64,000 bases of DNA. It comes from an uncultured Nitrospinota bacterium (GTDB lineage: Bacteria; Tectomicrobia; Entotheonellia; J063; CAVPRW01). This document shows, one piece after another, positions 43,689 through 55,166 of the stretch. The translations under genes and the position numbers were made by a program. The stretch covers positions 32,001 to 96,000 of the forward strand of contig CAVPRW010000001.1 in the NCBI GenBank assembly GCA_963707985.1. The letters are read 5' to 3'. The notes under the pieces are model-generated. The model saw only the letters and a list, made by a program, of their open reading frames with translations. It did not search any database and had not been told where the DNA came from. The first letter of the stretch is position 1. Every line of letters begins with the position of its first letter.

Positions 43689-45125
43689 ATGCAGCGGCGC
43701 CAGGTATTTTCCAGACGCACCAAGATCGTATGCACCATCGGACCAGCGAGTAGCTCATCCACCCTCATCGAGCGCCTGATTCGGGCCGGGATGAATGTCG
43801 CCCGCCTGAATCTCTCACACGGCACACCACACGATCACGCCCGGCTCATGGCCACGGTACGTCGTGTTGCTCAACGCCTTGACGTGCCCGTGGCCGTCCT
43901 CATGGACCTGCCCGGCCCCAAGTGTCGCATTGGCCCGTTGAAAGGTGGCTCTGTCATCCTGAGCAAAGGCGCGCGGCTGGTCCTCACGACTCGCGCTGTG
44001 GAAGGAGACGCGCAAAAGGTGCCGATTAACCTTCCAACCCTGCCGCGGCATGTCCGGGAGGGCGATAGCGTGCTGCTCGACGATGGTGCGATGCAGCTGA
44101 AGGTCGAACGGGCGAGCCGCAGCGAGGTCATCTGTCGGGTCATCGTTGGCGGCACCCTGACCCCGGGGCGGGGGGTTGTCGTGCCTGGGTTGCGGAGCTC
44201 AGGACCTTTCCTCACCCCACAGCTTCGAGAGCATCTCGAGTTCGCCATGGCGCAGCAACCGGACTATCTGGCCCTGTCGTTTGTGAGCCGCGCGCAGGAC
44301 GTGGAGCAAGTGCGAGCCCTGTTGCTGCAGCGTGGTGCGGACCTGCCGATCATTGCGAAAATTGAGCGCGGGCAGGCCATCAGCCACATTGAAGAGATTT
44401 TGCTGGCCAGCGATGGCATCATGGTGGCTCGGGGTGACCTGGGCGTTGATATCCCCCTTGAGCAGCTCCCCATGGTGCAGAAAGACATCATCCGCCGTTG
44501 CAATAAGCTCGATAGGCCAGTGATCACCGCCACGCAGATGCTGGAATCGATGGTGACGGCCGCTCGCCCAACCCGCGCCGAAGTCACCGATGTTGCCAAT
44601 GCCATCTTCGATGGCACCGACGCAGTCATGCTGTCGGCGGAAACCTCAATCGGCAAACATCCGGTGCAGGCCGTGGCGATGATGGCCAGAATCGCCAGTA
44701 CCACCGATGGCCAATTGCCCTACGAGCAGATGCTGCAGGAGCGTGGTATGGCGCTGGGGCCGCAGATCGATGCCGCCATCAGCTATGATGCCTGTCGTAC
44801 GGCTCATCAACTCGGGGCCAAGGCTATCGTGGCTTTCACACACTCGGGGAGCACTGCCAGACGGGTCTCGAAGGGCCGTCCAAAGGAGCCCATCCTGGCG
44901 CTCACCTCCAGCGAAGTGGTTTCCAGGAGATTGCAACTCTGTTGGGGGGTCCAGGTTTGTCAGGTCGCGGAACCATCGTCGGTCGAAGCTCTGTTTGCCA
45001 TTGGCGCTGAACTCCCCAAGAGTTTAGGGCTCGCCAATACTGGCGATCTGGTGGTGATCACGGCGGGACTCCCGTTACGGGTCACGGGCACGACGAATCT
45101 GCTGAAGGTGGAAAGAATTGCCTAG
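43689..45125 (+). CDS. pyk: Pyruvate kinase
   Basis: RRTKIVCTIGPAS, IIAKIE, IMVARGDLGV, ATQMLESM, DAVMLSAET. Confidence 0.96.
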   Translation: MQRRQVFSRRTKIVCTIGPASSSSTLIERLIRAGMNVARLNLSHGTPHDHARLMATVRRVAQRLDVPVAVLMDLPGPKCRIGPLKGGSVILSKGARLVLTTRAVEGDAQKVPINLPTLPRHVREGDSVLLDDGAMQLKVERASRSEVICRVIVGGTLTPGRGVVVPGLRSSGPFLTPQLREHLEFAMAQQPDYLALSFVSRAQDVEQVRALLLQRGADLPIIAKIERGQAISHIEEILLASDGIMVARGDLGVDIPLEQLPMVQKDIIRRCNKLDRPVITATQMLESMVTAARPTRAEVTDVANAIFDGTDAVMLSAETSIGKHPVQAVAMMARIASTTDGQLPYEQMLQERGMALGPQIDAAISYDACRTAHQLGAKAIVAFTHSGSTARRVSKGRPKEPILALTSSEVVSRRLQLCWGVQVCQVAEPSSVEALFAIGAELPKSLGLANTGDLVVITAGLPLRVTGTTNLLKVERIA

Positions 45126-45734
45126 AGAGCCGGTAGCTTTTTCTCAAAATTGCGACACACAACCCTTGGACACGTGAGCTGACAAGACCCGATTCAGGCC
45201 CATTGTCCGGCAAAGCTGACGGTACCAATCTTCTGTCGGCTGGTGTCGTGATGGGTCAGAAGCCAATGGAAGGCCCAGAGACTCGTGGGCGGGGTGCGAT
45301 GGCGCACACTGGAGATGTCTCATTGGTGCGACCGAGCGTCTCTATCGTGCGACAAAAAACTGGATTTGACCGTGAGAGGGGACCACTTGCACGCCGGCTC
45401 CGCTGATTACCGAAACCGGCGACTTTTGCCCAATGTCTGATGACGGGAGGCTTCGATGCACTTGAAGCGATGAGAGCATTTGCATGACAGGGAGAATAGG
45501 CGCCGACTACCGTCGGAGCTTTAGACGCCGTTGCGCCCCGCCCAGGTGCGTTTCATGCTGACAGAGCGGGCAAACCTTGCAATCATCTCGTTCGTCCAAG
45601 AGGACGTGACAGTTCGGGCAGAAATCCTCATCCTGTGCAACCCCTGGACCGCTAATCGCCAAAAACCGCATGGCTATCTCCTTTATTCTGGGCCATTGCT
45701 CCATACAAATGCCGGGCTGATATGCGCCTTACCC

Positions 45735-46190
45735 CTATGAGGCTTGACGTTGCGGCTCGGCGAGGGGATCGCCGTAGAACGCTCGTGCGCCGTAGTGTGC
45801 GATCAGCCCGTCCAAGACATCAAGCTGTCGCTCAATAGTTTCGAGTGAATCTTCGTTGATGAGAAGTGTGATCGTAGTATACGGCTCGCCAACGGTATCC
45901 ATCCGAACATGCAGTTGCGGGTAAGGAAACATATGATCTGACCGCCTTTCTATAGATATTGCCTGATCTAGATTGCTGTCAACCGACACCGATTGTAGTG
46001 ATGAGAGACTCGTGAAGACGCTGTCGTAGGGGCGATTCTGCGAGTCTCTTGTGTTCCATTCAAGTGCAAGTGCTATGCCACTAAAAGGGATTGGATACAT
46101 CGTCTGGATATATGGTCTCTCAATACGCTCTCTAAACGGCCGTGAATACAGGCGATCATTGCTAGTACACGCCTTAATAACCATCGTCAT
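45735..46190 (-). CDS. Hypothetical protein
   Basis: 151-aa ORF with protein-like composition; no recognised motif. Confidence 0.45.
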   Translation of the reverse strand: MTMVIKACTSNDRLYSRPFRERIERPYIQTMYPIPFSGIALALEWNTRDSQNRPYDSVFTSLSSLQSVSVDSNLDQAISIERRSDHMFPYPQLHVRMDTVGEPYTTITLLINEDSLETIERQLDVLDGLIAHYGARAFYGDPLAEPQRQAS

Positions 46191-48061
46191 ATCTACGAAG
46201 CTGGTCCGAGCAGGTGTCGCAAATGTGAACCGCGAATGCAGTCAAGAGGTGTATAACCCCTGTCGATAGCGGGCCCGCGCTGTCTATTCCCCCAAACGCA
46301 CAGTTTCTTCAAGCACACCAATAGGTACACTCACTCCCAGCTACACAAGCCCCAGGCATACGCGTTAATTCACTAGCTTCCCCCGTAGCGGGCGTTTTCC
46401 CTTTGATGCAACGCTGGAAATGCCTTAAACAAGCGTCCCTATAAGTATGCGAGCGATGCCTGTCGGATGAAAGCCACCTGCCACCGAAACCGTCCCGTTG
46501 CCTGATCATTGGGTGATCGTTTTAGGGGCAGATACCCTGATCCATGCCGCGCCAGTAGCGGCTTCATAGCCCACTTACACCAGACCCTTACCGAGTCCCC
46601 ACACCCCGCCTATAACGAGGATTCCACCACAAGCGTCCACCGAGACCCTTAATGGGCTGCTTTCCCCTCGCAACCGGCCCAAGCCTGCCTCGTAGGCTAG
46701 CGCAATGCTCTTCTGTTGTATAGGCAGAGTGTGTATAGGGGATTGACGGCGAATAACTTTTCTATCGAGTTTTGCGTGACAAATCGAAGGCTGGCCGCCT
46801 GGACGACTTACCCTGAGTGCCAGCGTGGTGACTGCTAATATCTTCTTCGCGACCATTTTCATCGCAATCGTTAACATCAGAGCATGCGACCGATTCGATT
46901 AGCAGGCTGGTGACGACACTCACGGCAGCGATCCCGCCGGCGAGCGCCAGCGCAACTGCGAGAGCTATCAAGGCTTTCTTCATCTGCGCCTCTTGGTACA
47001 GTTTGCCAATAATCGCCGTTACTTACAACCTATACATGAGCTATGGAGCAAGAAGGATACCGCGAGGACGTGCTCAACGGATCTTTGCCCGCAGAGAGCG
47101 CAGGAGGCCGCAATGCATGAACACAGGAAGCCAGTGCCCAGTCTGGCTGGGCCTCCGCAGACATCTCTTATCCGAGACGCTGTCTGGCCTTTATTGAGAG
47201 AGGAATATGACGAGACATGAGGGACACGATGGGCTGAGCGCGTATTACATCTAAGATGCTGTTCTCACAACTGAGACCCTAGTCATGTGCTTGCAAGCGC
47301 AGTAACCACGACGCCCGAGGTGTTACCTCCTATGCTGCCGTGATTTCCCCCATTCGAGCCGACTGCTCAACCAACCATCCAGACTGTGCTAAGATTCCTA
47401 GACACCTCATAAGACACCATAATGACTGGGGAACTACTCTCGCTCACCCGACTATGCCGCCGAGTCAGACTAGGAAAGGATTCAGAGATGAAGCGTATTC
47501 TAGTGATAGGTCTCGTAATTCTCGGAATGTCTGCGGAGGTTGTAAAAGCGGCATGTGCGTGGGTGCTGTGGCGGAAGGATACGGTCACGGCTGCATATGG
47601 CCCCGAACTCGTGGCGTGGTCCCCCGATATCGGCGCATCCCGGAGAGGCGGGATTTAAGAAGTGTGCGTAGTATACAAGGCAGGAGCGGGACCCCAACCA
47701 ACCGGGGTCAGTGGGCGGCGCGGCTTTTACTCATCATCGATCACCTGCCTGTTACCCCTGTATTCCCCGCACACCCTAGCCGTGATGGAGCTTGACGAAA
47801 GGGAGGGGGTGGGTTACCATCGGCCTGGGAGTAGGCAAGACTAGGCTTGCCTCAAAAGGGTCGCAATATGGGCTCAATCCATCGACGTGGGAGAACCTGG
47901 TGGCTATAGGTCTACCAGGCTGGCAGAGCAGTAATGTACACTCTGGTCGTAAGGCAACAGCTCCGAGCAGGTGTCGTAGATGTGCACCGCGAATACACAT
48001 GTCTCAAGCCATGGTCAGGGGTATCACGACTTGGCACATGACCTCACGACAGTGGAGATTT

Positions 48062-49336
48062 ATGAGGCGTCCCGGGCTGTACGCTTGCCCTCCTCGACAA
48101 CAGGGATTTAACATCTGGGCTGTCCTCGCCATGATAGTAACGCTCCCCATGCCGGCGTCTGCCGGCCAGATGGATTCGGGCCCTATCCCCGTGGTGGTTG
48201 GAACCGTGACGACACAGCAGGTGGCTACCGAGGTTGAGGTGGTAGGGAGCGTTGAACCACAACTAGCCACTACTCTGAGCACCGAGATCGCCGGGTCCAC
48301 GCAGCGCTTCGACCTCCGCGAGGGAGATTTCGTGCACAAAGACACCACCGTCGTAGCCCAGCTTAAAGCCACAGAGCTGGCGCTGGCGGTAAACGAGGCC
48401 GAAGCAGAGCTGGCAAGAGCCAGGGCTGATCTCATGAAATTAAAACGTGGCTTACGGCCAGAGGAAATCGACGAGAAACGCGCTGAGGCCGCCGAGAAAA
48501 AGGCCTGGGTGGAAAAATACGCCAAGGACGTCGAGCGCACTAAATCGCTGGTGACGCGGGATATGATGAGCAAGTCGGAGTTTGACCAGGCGGAAGCCAA
48601 CCATCTCGCCGCCAGGGCCCAGTACGAACGGGCGCTGCGCTCGTTGCGCGTTGCTGAGCTGGGCTTTCGACAAGAGGAGATCGCCGCCGCCGAAGCAGAG
48701 GTCCAGCGCCTACAGGCAAAGGTGCAGCGGTTACGCGACGATGTTCAGAAAACAGTGATTCGCGCTCCGGTGTCGGGGTTCATCACGAATCGGTATGCCG
48801 AGGTCGGCCAGTGGCTCGAGCGTGGTGGCAAAGTGGCGGATATCATCGACCTGGCGGCTGTGCTGGTACGTGTAGCGGTCCACGAGCGCGATATTCGTCT
48901 CGTACAAGTAGGCGACGAGGCGGCAGTCACTCTGGATGCACTCCCGAACCAGACGTTCACCGGGCACGTCAAATACATCACGCCGCAAGCCGACCTGGCG
49001 AGTCGCACCTTTCCGGTGAAAATCGAAGTGCTGAATACCTCTGATACGGCCCTCAAAGCTGGGATGTTTGCCCGGGTCAGGATACGGATTGGCGCGAGCC
49101 AGTTGGGCGTGTTTGTACCTAAAGATGCGGTGGTGCGTCGCGCTAGTGAGCAGGTGGTGTTTGTGGTGGAGGATACCAGGGCGCGCCTGGTGCAGATCAA
49201 GACCGGGAGGAGCCAGGAGGGCTTGATCGAGGTGGTCGAAGGCCAGCTCAGGCCCGGTGATATCGTCGTCATTACCGGCAACGAAATGCTCCAGGACCAG
49301 ATGGCTATCGTCACAAAACCCACCCTCCGCAACTGA
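48062..49336 (+). CDS. RND efflux periplasmic adaptor; start uncertain
   Basis: Coiled coil, IRAPVSG, SRTFPVKI, LKAGMFARV, VPKDAVV. Confidence 0.9.
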   Translation: MRRPGLYACPPRQQGFNIWAVLAMIVTLPMPASAGQMDSGPIPVVVGTVTTQQVATEVEVVGSVEPQLATTLSTEIAGSTQRFDLREGDFVHKDTTVVAQLKATELALAVNEAEAELARARADLMKLKRGLRPEEIDEKRAEAAEKKAWVEKYAKDVERTKSLVTRDMMSKSEFDQAEANHLAARAQYERALRSLRVAELGFRQEEIAAAEAEVQRLQAKVQRLRDDVQKTVIRAPVSGFITNRYAEVGQWLERGGKVADIIDLAAVLVRVAVHERDIRLVQVGDEAAVTLDALPNQTFTGHVKYITPQADLASRTFPVKIEVLNTSDTALKAGMFARVRIRIGASQLGVFVPKDAVVRRASEQVVFVVEDTRARLVQIKTGRSQEGLIEVVEGQLRPGDIVVITGNEMLQDQMAIVTKPTLRN

Positions 49337-49346
49337 GGACCCTCTC

Positions 49347-52300
49347 ATGACGCTCATCGCGTTCTGTGTGCGCTACCCGGTCACAGTTATCGTGGGCATG
49401 ATCCTCGCCCTACTCTTTGGCGTGATTGCGCTGGCGCGCCTACCTATCCAGATGACGCCGACGGTGGAGCGCCCCGAGATCTCGGTCGAAACGGTCTACC
49501 GTGGCGCGGCGCCTCAGGAGGTCGAGAACGAGATTATCGACCGTCAGGAAGAGAAACTGATTTCTGTCCAGGATCTACAGGAGCTGGCGTCGACCTCCCA
49601 TGAAGGCCGCGGCGTGGTCACCTTACGTTTCGACTGGGGTGTCAATAAAGACGTTGCCCGCCTGGAGGTGTCAGAGAAGCTCGATCTCGTCCAAGATATA
49701 CCCAATGATGCCGAACGACCGGTCATCCGTGCCGTAAGCTCGGATGAGGAATCTCCTATCGCCTGGATCGTCATCACCACCAAGCGTGACGTGAACGAAG
49801 TCAGGCAGGAGGCTGAGGACGCAATTAAGCCACGTCTGGAGCGTGTCGAAGGCGTGGGCGCGGTATGGTTGTTTGGCGGCCAAGAGCGCGAAGTGCACGT
49901 GATCCTGGATTATCAAGCCATGAGCGCACGCGGCTTGACGATTCACCGGGTGCGTGATGCGCTCCTACGTGAAAACCGCAACACCAAGGGGGGGAATATC
50001 GACGAAGGCAAAAAACGGTTTTTGGTGCGCACGCTCGGACAATTCGCCGACCTCAAGCACATCGAAGACACGATCGTTGCCACCCAGGATGGACACACAG
50101 TGTACGTCCGAGATATTGCCACCGTGCGTTTTGGCCTCAAGGAACGCGATCGCAGCATCCGCCAGGCTGGGGATCCAACCGTGGGTTTCGGCGTGGTGCG
50201 ACGCACCGGGGCCAACACTGTGGAGGTGATGAAAGGCGTCAAACGAGAGCTCGCCTATCTGAATGCGATCTATGCCGACAAGGGCATGCAGTTCGAGCAG
50301 GTCTATGATGAAACGGATTATATCTATGATGCTGTCAGCCTCGTCACCGAGAACGTGTATGAGGCCTCGCTCCTGACTGTAATCGTCCTGCTCTTGTTCC
50401 TGCGCAGCTTCAGCAGTATCCTCGTTATTGGCCTGTCGATCCCGATCTCGGTGGTGACGACGTTCATCGTTCTCAACGCCCTTGGGCGTTCCTTGAACAT
50501 CGTCATGCTGGCCGGCCTGGCCTTCGCCGTCGGGAACGTGGTTGACAATTCGATCGTGGTGTTGGAGAACATCTTCCGGCATCGGGAGATGGGGAAACCC
50601 CGTGTTCAGGCGGCCTTGGATGGTGCGAACGAGGTCTGGAGCGCGATTCTGGCCTCGACGCTGACCAACCTGGCGGTGTTCCTCCCGATTATCTTGATGA
50701 AGGATGAGGTGGGACAGCTCTTCCGAGATATCGCCATCGCCACCTCGATCTCCACAGCCCTCTCTCTGGGCTGCGCCCTCACCATCGTCCCCATGATGGC
50801 CTCTCGAGTGCTGAACACAGGTACCGCGGCACCTCGCTATCCGCGTCTGCGACGCATCCTGGATATCGTCCTGCTGGGCTGGCTTGGACAGGGCTTCAGC
50901 AATGGTCTGGTGCATAGTCTCTCCTGGCTGCGTCGCGGGGTGGTGCGGCGGCTGGTCGTAGTGCTCGGCATGACGCTGGGGTCGCTTGCTTTAGCACTCT
51001 ATCTGATGCCACCTATCGACTACCTGCCGAAGGGAAATCGCAATCTGATTTTGGCCATCGTGCAGCTACCGCCGGGTTTCAACTTGGACCAGATCGATGG
51101 CATTGTCACGGAGCTTGAAGAGCGCTACATGCAGATACCAGAGATCGAGCGTCTCTTCGCCGTAGTACGAACGGACAACCCCTTGCTCGGCATCCTCGTC
51201 AAACGACCGTATGCCGATGTCGCGGGGATGCAGCAGGTGATCGAAGATCTTAAACGACGCTCTACCGGCATTCCGGGCACGCGAGCGGTATTCGTAACCC
51301 AGATGGCCTTGTTCCGGCAGCGCGGACAGCTGTTGGGCGGCACAAACCTCGAAATCGACGTCAAGGGCCATGGCCTGGACAAAGTGCATGACATCGCGGC
51401 CGCCATCGAGCACCGGGTGCGCACCTTGCCAGGCGTGAACTTCGTGCGCTCGAGCTTCGAGTGGGGCAACCCGGAAGTACAGGTGGCTGTCGACCGCCAG
51501 AAGGCGTCGGACTTGGGCCTCTCGGTCAGTGATGTGGGCTACATCGTGGAGACGCTGATCGCTGGCACGCTCGCAGGCACCTTCCGCGAGCAGGGGAAGG
51601 AGCGGGACCTGACCTTAATCGGCACCGCGCGCGGCGCGGCACGGACGCAGATGCTTGAAAATGTTGTGCTTTACCCTCCACGTGGCGATCCACTCCGGCT
51701 GGCCGCAATTGCCGACCTCCGAGAGGCAGAGGGGCCAACGAAGATCGAGCACATCGACCGCGACCGTTCTATCAAACTGACCGTGAACCTCCGGGATGAG
51801 GTGCCGATGCAGGAGGCTATCGACACCGTCAATGCCCAGGTGCTCCAGCAGGTGCGCCAGGAGTTGCCGTTAGGGTATACCATCAACGTCAGCGGCCAGG
51901 CGAAGGATCTGGATCGTACCTGGAACTCTCTCAAATGGGCGTTCCTTCTAGCCGTGGTGGTAATCTATTTGTTGATGTGCTCGCTGTACGAATCCTTCTC
52001 TTATCCCTTCATCATCATGTTCAGCGTCCCGCCCGCGATGGTTGGTGGGGTGCTGGGAGTGCGGCTGTTGCATCATATCGAACCTACCGTGAAGCTCGAC
52101 GTCGTCACGATGCTCGGCTTCATCATTATGGCTGGGGTGGTGGTGAACGCGGCTATTCTCCTGGTTGAGCAGGCGCTGAACCATATGCAGGAGGGGATGC
52201 ACCCGCAAGACGCCATTATCGAGAGCGCCCGCAATCGACTGCGGCCCATTTTCATGACTGCCAGCAGTATCCTCGGTTTTCTGCCATTGGTCGCTTCCAG

Positions 52301-52547
52301 TGGCGCCGGCTCTGAGTTGTATCGGGGGATGGGCGCGGTCCAGCTCGGGGGCATGGCGTTGTCGACCGTGTTCACACTGGTCCTGGTTCCCACCATGTTC
52401 TCACTCTGGATGGATGCCAGGTCGGGCCTCTTGTCACTCCTGGGGCGCAAGCGAAAAGAATTGAACGGTCACGGGAATGGCAACGGCCATGATGAGCGTG
52501 AAGAGGTTGCGTTGACCTTCCAATCGAGATCGACGCCTGACTTGTAG
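49347..52547 (+). CDS. RND efflux permease (AcrB/AcrD/AcrF family)
   Basis: VVDNSIVVLENI, STLT..AVFLP, GVVVNAAILL, RLRPIFMT. Confidence 0.94.
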   Translation: MTLIAFCVRYPVTVIVGMILALLFGVIALARLPIQMTPTVERPEISVETVYRGAAPQEVENEIIDRQEEKLISVQDLQELASTSHEGRGVVTLRFDWGVNKDVARLEVSEKLDLVQDIPNDAERPVIRAVSSDEESPIAWIVITTKRDVNEVRQEAEDAIKPRLERVEGVGAVWLFGGQEREVHVILDYQAMSARGLTIHRVRDALLRENRNTKGGNIDEGKKRFLVRTLGQFADLKHIEDTIVATQDGHTVYVRDIATVRFGLKERDRSIRQAGDPTVGFGVVRRTGANTVEVMKGVKRELAYLNAIYADKGMQFEQVYDETDYIYDAVSLVTENVYEASLLTVIVLLLFLRSFSSILVIGLSIPISVVTTFIVLNALGRSLNIVMLAGLAFAVGNVVDNSIVVLENIFRHREMGKPRVQAALDGANEVWSAILASTLTNLAVFLPIILMKDEVGQLFRDIAIATSISTALSLGCALTIVPMMASRVLNTGTAAPRYPRLRRILDIVLLGWLGQGFSNGLVHSLSWLRRGVVRRLVVVLGMTLGSLALALYLMPPIDYLPKGNRNLILAIVQLPPGFNLDQIDGIVTELEERYMQIPEIERLFAVVRTDNPLLGILVKRPYADVAGMQQVIEDLKRRSTGIPGTRAVFVTQMALFRQRGQLLGGTNLEIDVKGHGLDKVHDIAAAIEHRVRTLPGVNFVRSSFEWGNPEVQVAVDRQKASDLGLSVSDVGYIVETLIAGTLAGTFREQGKERDLTLIGTARGAARTQMLENVVLYPPRGDPLRLAAIADLREAEGPTKIEHIDRDRSIKLTVNLRDEVPMQEAIDTVNAQVLQQVRQELPLGYTINVSGQAKDLDRTWNSLKWAFLLAVVVIYLLMCSLYESFSYPFIIMFSVPPAMVGGVLGVRLLHHIEPTVKLDVVTMLGFIIMAGVVVNAAILLVEQALNHMQEGMHPQDAIIESARNRLRPIFMTASSILGFLPLVASSGAGSELYRGMGAVQLGGMALSTVFTLVLVPTMFSLWMDARSGLLSLLGRKRKELNGHGNGNGHDEREEVALTFQSRSTPDL

Positions 52548-52585
52548 CCACCGCTGCATGTGGAGGAGCACCCTGAGGGGGAAAA

Positions 52586-53468
52586 ATGGGACGGCTAGGA
52601 CGAGGATGGATTGTACGCTACACTGTCGCCCTCTGGGCTGTAAGCTTTGGGATACCCATGATGGCCAGTGCCGGTTGGATGATCGAGCAGATCGAATACG
52701 CCAATCTTGGAGCGGAAGGCACCAGAACGCTGCAATATATTTCGAAAAACCGTCTGAAGACGGTGGGTGACGGCAATACCTTCATCATGGATTTTGCGAA
52801 GAATCTGTTTATCGCAACTGATCAAGAAAGTCGTGTGTACTGGAGTGGCGCGGTCGACGCCTACGTTCAGGAGGTCAAGTCTTTCCAACAGGCAGCCAAC
52901 GAGCTGGCACGGGAGCAAATGGAGGAGGCGGTGAAAGAGATGGCTCCCGATCAGCGCAAGTCGGCGGAGGACCTCCTGCAACAGATGCGTAGTGCCAACG
53001 CGTCATCGGTATCACCCCCAGCGGCCAAGCGACCAGCTGGTGAAAGTCGAGCCGACCCCAGAGACTGCTACGATCGCGGGACAAGTAGCCACGAAGATCA
53101 TGGTCTATGCCGATGGCAAGCCCTATCAAGAGGTGTGGCTGGTCAAGGGGCTAACGCTCAAAGGCGATCTCGACTTGAAGCGCCTGCGGCATATACAGGC
53201 TCAGCTCACGCAGGCGATCATGGCTGGCATCCACGGTCGACAGACGGTTGAGGAGGATCCTGCCTACGAGCAGATACTCGAGCAAGGCTACCCGATCAAA
53301 ATCATCGAACTTGGGGAGGGGGGAGAGCCGGAATCAGTGACCGAGGTGGTGCGCCTCGACAAGCGCGACATCCCTGAGCACGAGTTTCAAGTTCCAGAGG
53401 GATATCGACGTATCGATCTGCGCGACTTCTTTCGTGAAGAGTTGGAGAAAATGAAAAAGGGGGAATAA
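52586..53468 (+). pseudogene. DUF4412-like exported protein, frameshift near 53030
   Basis: Signal peptide; N-half in ORF 52586, C-half (TATIAG...EVW...FQVPEGY) in ORF 52992. Confidence 0.65.
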
Positions 53469-53951
53469 GTGGCTGTGCCTTTGCTGACGGCTGAACAGAT
53501 CCGCCAAATAATTCCAGCGCTACACAGGCAGGCGTCTGGGCACGTCATTCTGTCCGATATCTATGCCATCGGTCTGGCCTACGGGGTGATTCGGGTCTTC
53601 GAGCGTCGGACAGGAGGTCGCGTCGTGGCAACGCTCGGCACCCTGGCGACCGACGCCTGGGCCATTCTTGCCACTCTGGAAAACCTCGGGCAACTATGGC
53701 CCGACAATCCCTCTGACAAGCCGATGTGGAAAGTCGTGGATGAACATGGACAACGGCTTGGAGTGTTTGCCGACGAAAAGGTCGCCGATGGGTTTGCCAA
53801 GGGTTGGGCATTCCAGCAGGGTCGCCAGGGGCTTATCAACTCCGACTTCGGGCAACAGGCCACAGTGTTAGACTTGTCTGCAGAGGATCGTGCCGAGCTG
53901 GCGCGGGCACCGGAGCGAGAGCCGGAGATCCTGCTCGAGCGCACGCCTTAA
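53469..53951 (+). CDS. Hypothetical protein
   Basis: Starts directly after the upstream stop; protein-like composition. Confidence 0.65.
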   Translation: MAVPLLTAEQIRQIIPALHRQASGHVILSDIYAIGLAYGVIRVFERRTGGRVVATLGTLATDAWAILATLENLGQLWPDNPSDKPMWKVVDEHGQRLGVFADEKVADGFAKGWAFQQGRQGLINSDFGQQATVLDLSAEDRAELARAPEREPEILLERTP

Positions 53952-55048
53952 CTCTCTGCCAATACCAGGCTGTGGCCAGCACTCACTAGTCTTTTCGGCT
54001 GAACCCATACACGGCGGTCAGGGTCTGCCACAGCATGGCCCAGGTCATAGGCTGTGACGCCATGCTGTTGAAGGATGGCGTGGACCTGCGCGGCAGCTGC
54101 TGGCGTCGTTACGACACAAAATCCCAGTCCCATATTGAAGACCTGATACATCTCAGCCTCGCTGATCTGCCCTCGCGCTTGAATCAGGCGAAAGATTGGT
54201 TGCGGCTCTGGTAGTCGTTCGATGACAAAACCCATCGGCGCCTGAATCCGACGCAGGTTAAGCAGTCCATCACCGGTGATGTGTAGCAGAGCTTTGATGG
54301 GAAGTTGAGCATCGAGCATGGCGCAGACCTCTTGCACGTAGATTCGCGTTGGGGTCAACAATTCTTCACCCAGGAGTCGACCAAGCTCTGGGACATACTG
54401 GTCGACGCGTAACCGCGCCTGATCCAAGAGCACATGGCGCGCCAACGTCAGGCCATTACTGTGAATGCCGGTACTCGCCAAGCCGATCAGCACATCGCCC
54501 TCGTCGATATGCTGGCCGACCAGGATGCGGTCCAGGGGCACAGTGCCCACGCACGTCGCCGCCAGATCAAAGGCATAGCCGTCGCGGACGCCTTTGATCA
54601 TTTCGCCGATCTGAGCCAGCTCCCCGCCGGCAATGGTGATGTTGGCTTGCTGCGCCCCTTCGTACAGCCCTCTTCCCAGTTCCTCTAGGAGTCGGGCTTC
54701 CGGCACCTGCACCGCCAGATAATCTACCAAGGACAGCGGTCTGGCGCCGACGCATAGGATATCGTTGGCGTTCATGGCAATACAGTCGATGCCAACCGTG
54801 TCGTATCTGTCCATGAGCTGTGCGACCAGGAGTTTCGAACCGACGCCATCGGTGGAGATGGCCAGCCCCATGCCATGGCCGATGTCGATGACGTTAGCGT
54901 AGTAGCCGATGGGCAGCTGCACCGCTCCCATCTCCTGGCGCAGGGAATGGGTCTGCTTCACCCAATGCAGCAGCCCCTTTAAGCCAGTAAAGGCTTGATT
55001 CGTATCCACGCCCGCCTGTTGGTATGCGAAACTGGGGTTCGTTGGCAT
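53948..55048 (-). CDS. purM: Phosphoribosylformylglycinamidine cyclo-ligase
   Basis: Y..AGVD, STDGVGSK, GIDCIAMN.ND, GIHSNG, HITGDG, FNMG.G. Confidence 0.95.
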   Translation of the reverse strand: MPTNPSFAYQQAGVDTNQAFTGLKGLLHWVKQTHSLRQEMGAVQLPIGYYANVIDIGHGMGLAISTDGVGSKLLVAQLMDRYDTVGIDCIAMNANDILCVGARPLSLVDYLAVQVPEARLLEELGRGLYEGAQQANITIAGGELAQIGEMIKGVRDGYAFDLAATCVGTVPLDRILVGQHIDEGDVLIGLASTGIHSNGLTLARHVLLDQARLRVDQYVPELGRLLGEELLTPTRIYVQEVCAMLDAQLPIKALLHITGDGLLNLRRIQAPMGFVIERLPEPQPIFRLIQARGQISEAEMYQVFNMGLGFCVVTTPAAAAQVHAILQQHGVTAYDLGHAVADPDRRVWVQPKRLVSAGHSLVLAES

Positions 55049-55166
55049 CGTCCTCTCACGTTTCAGGTGTAACGTTTACGATCTCACAGGCGGGGGGGAG
55101 AGGTAGGAATCTCATCTGCGTTGGGTACGTCCGATGCCTGCACGATAGCATAACTCTCCCCAGCCG

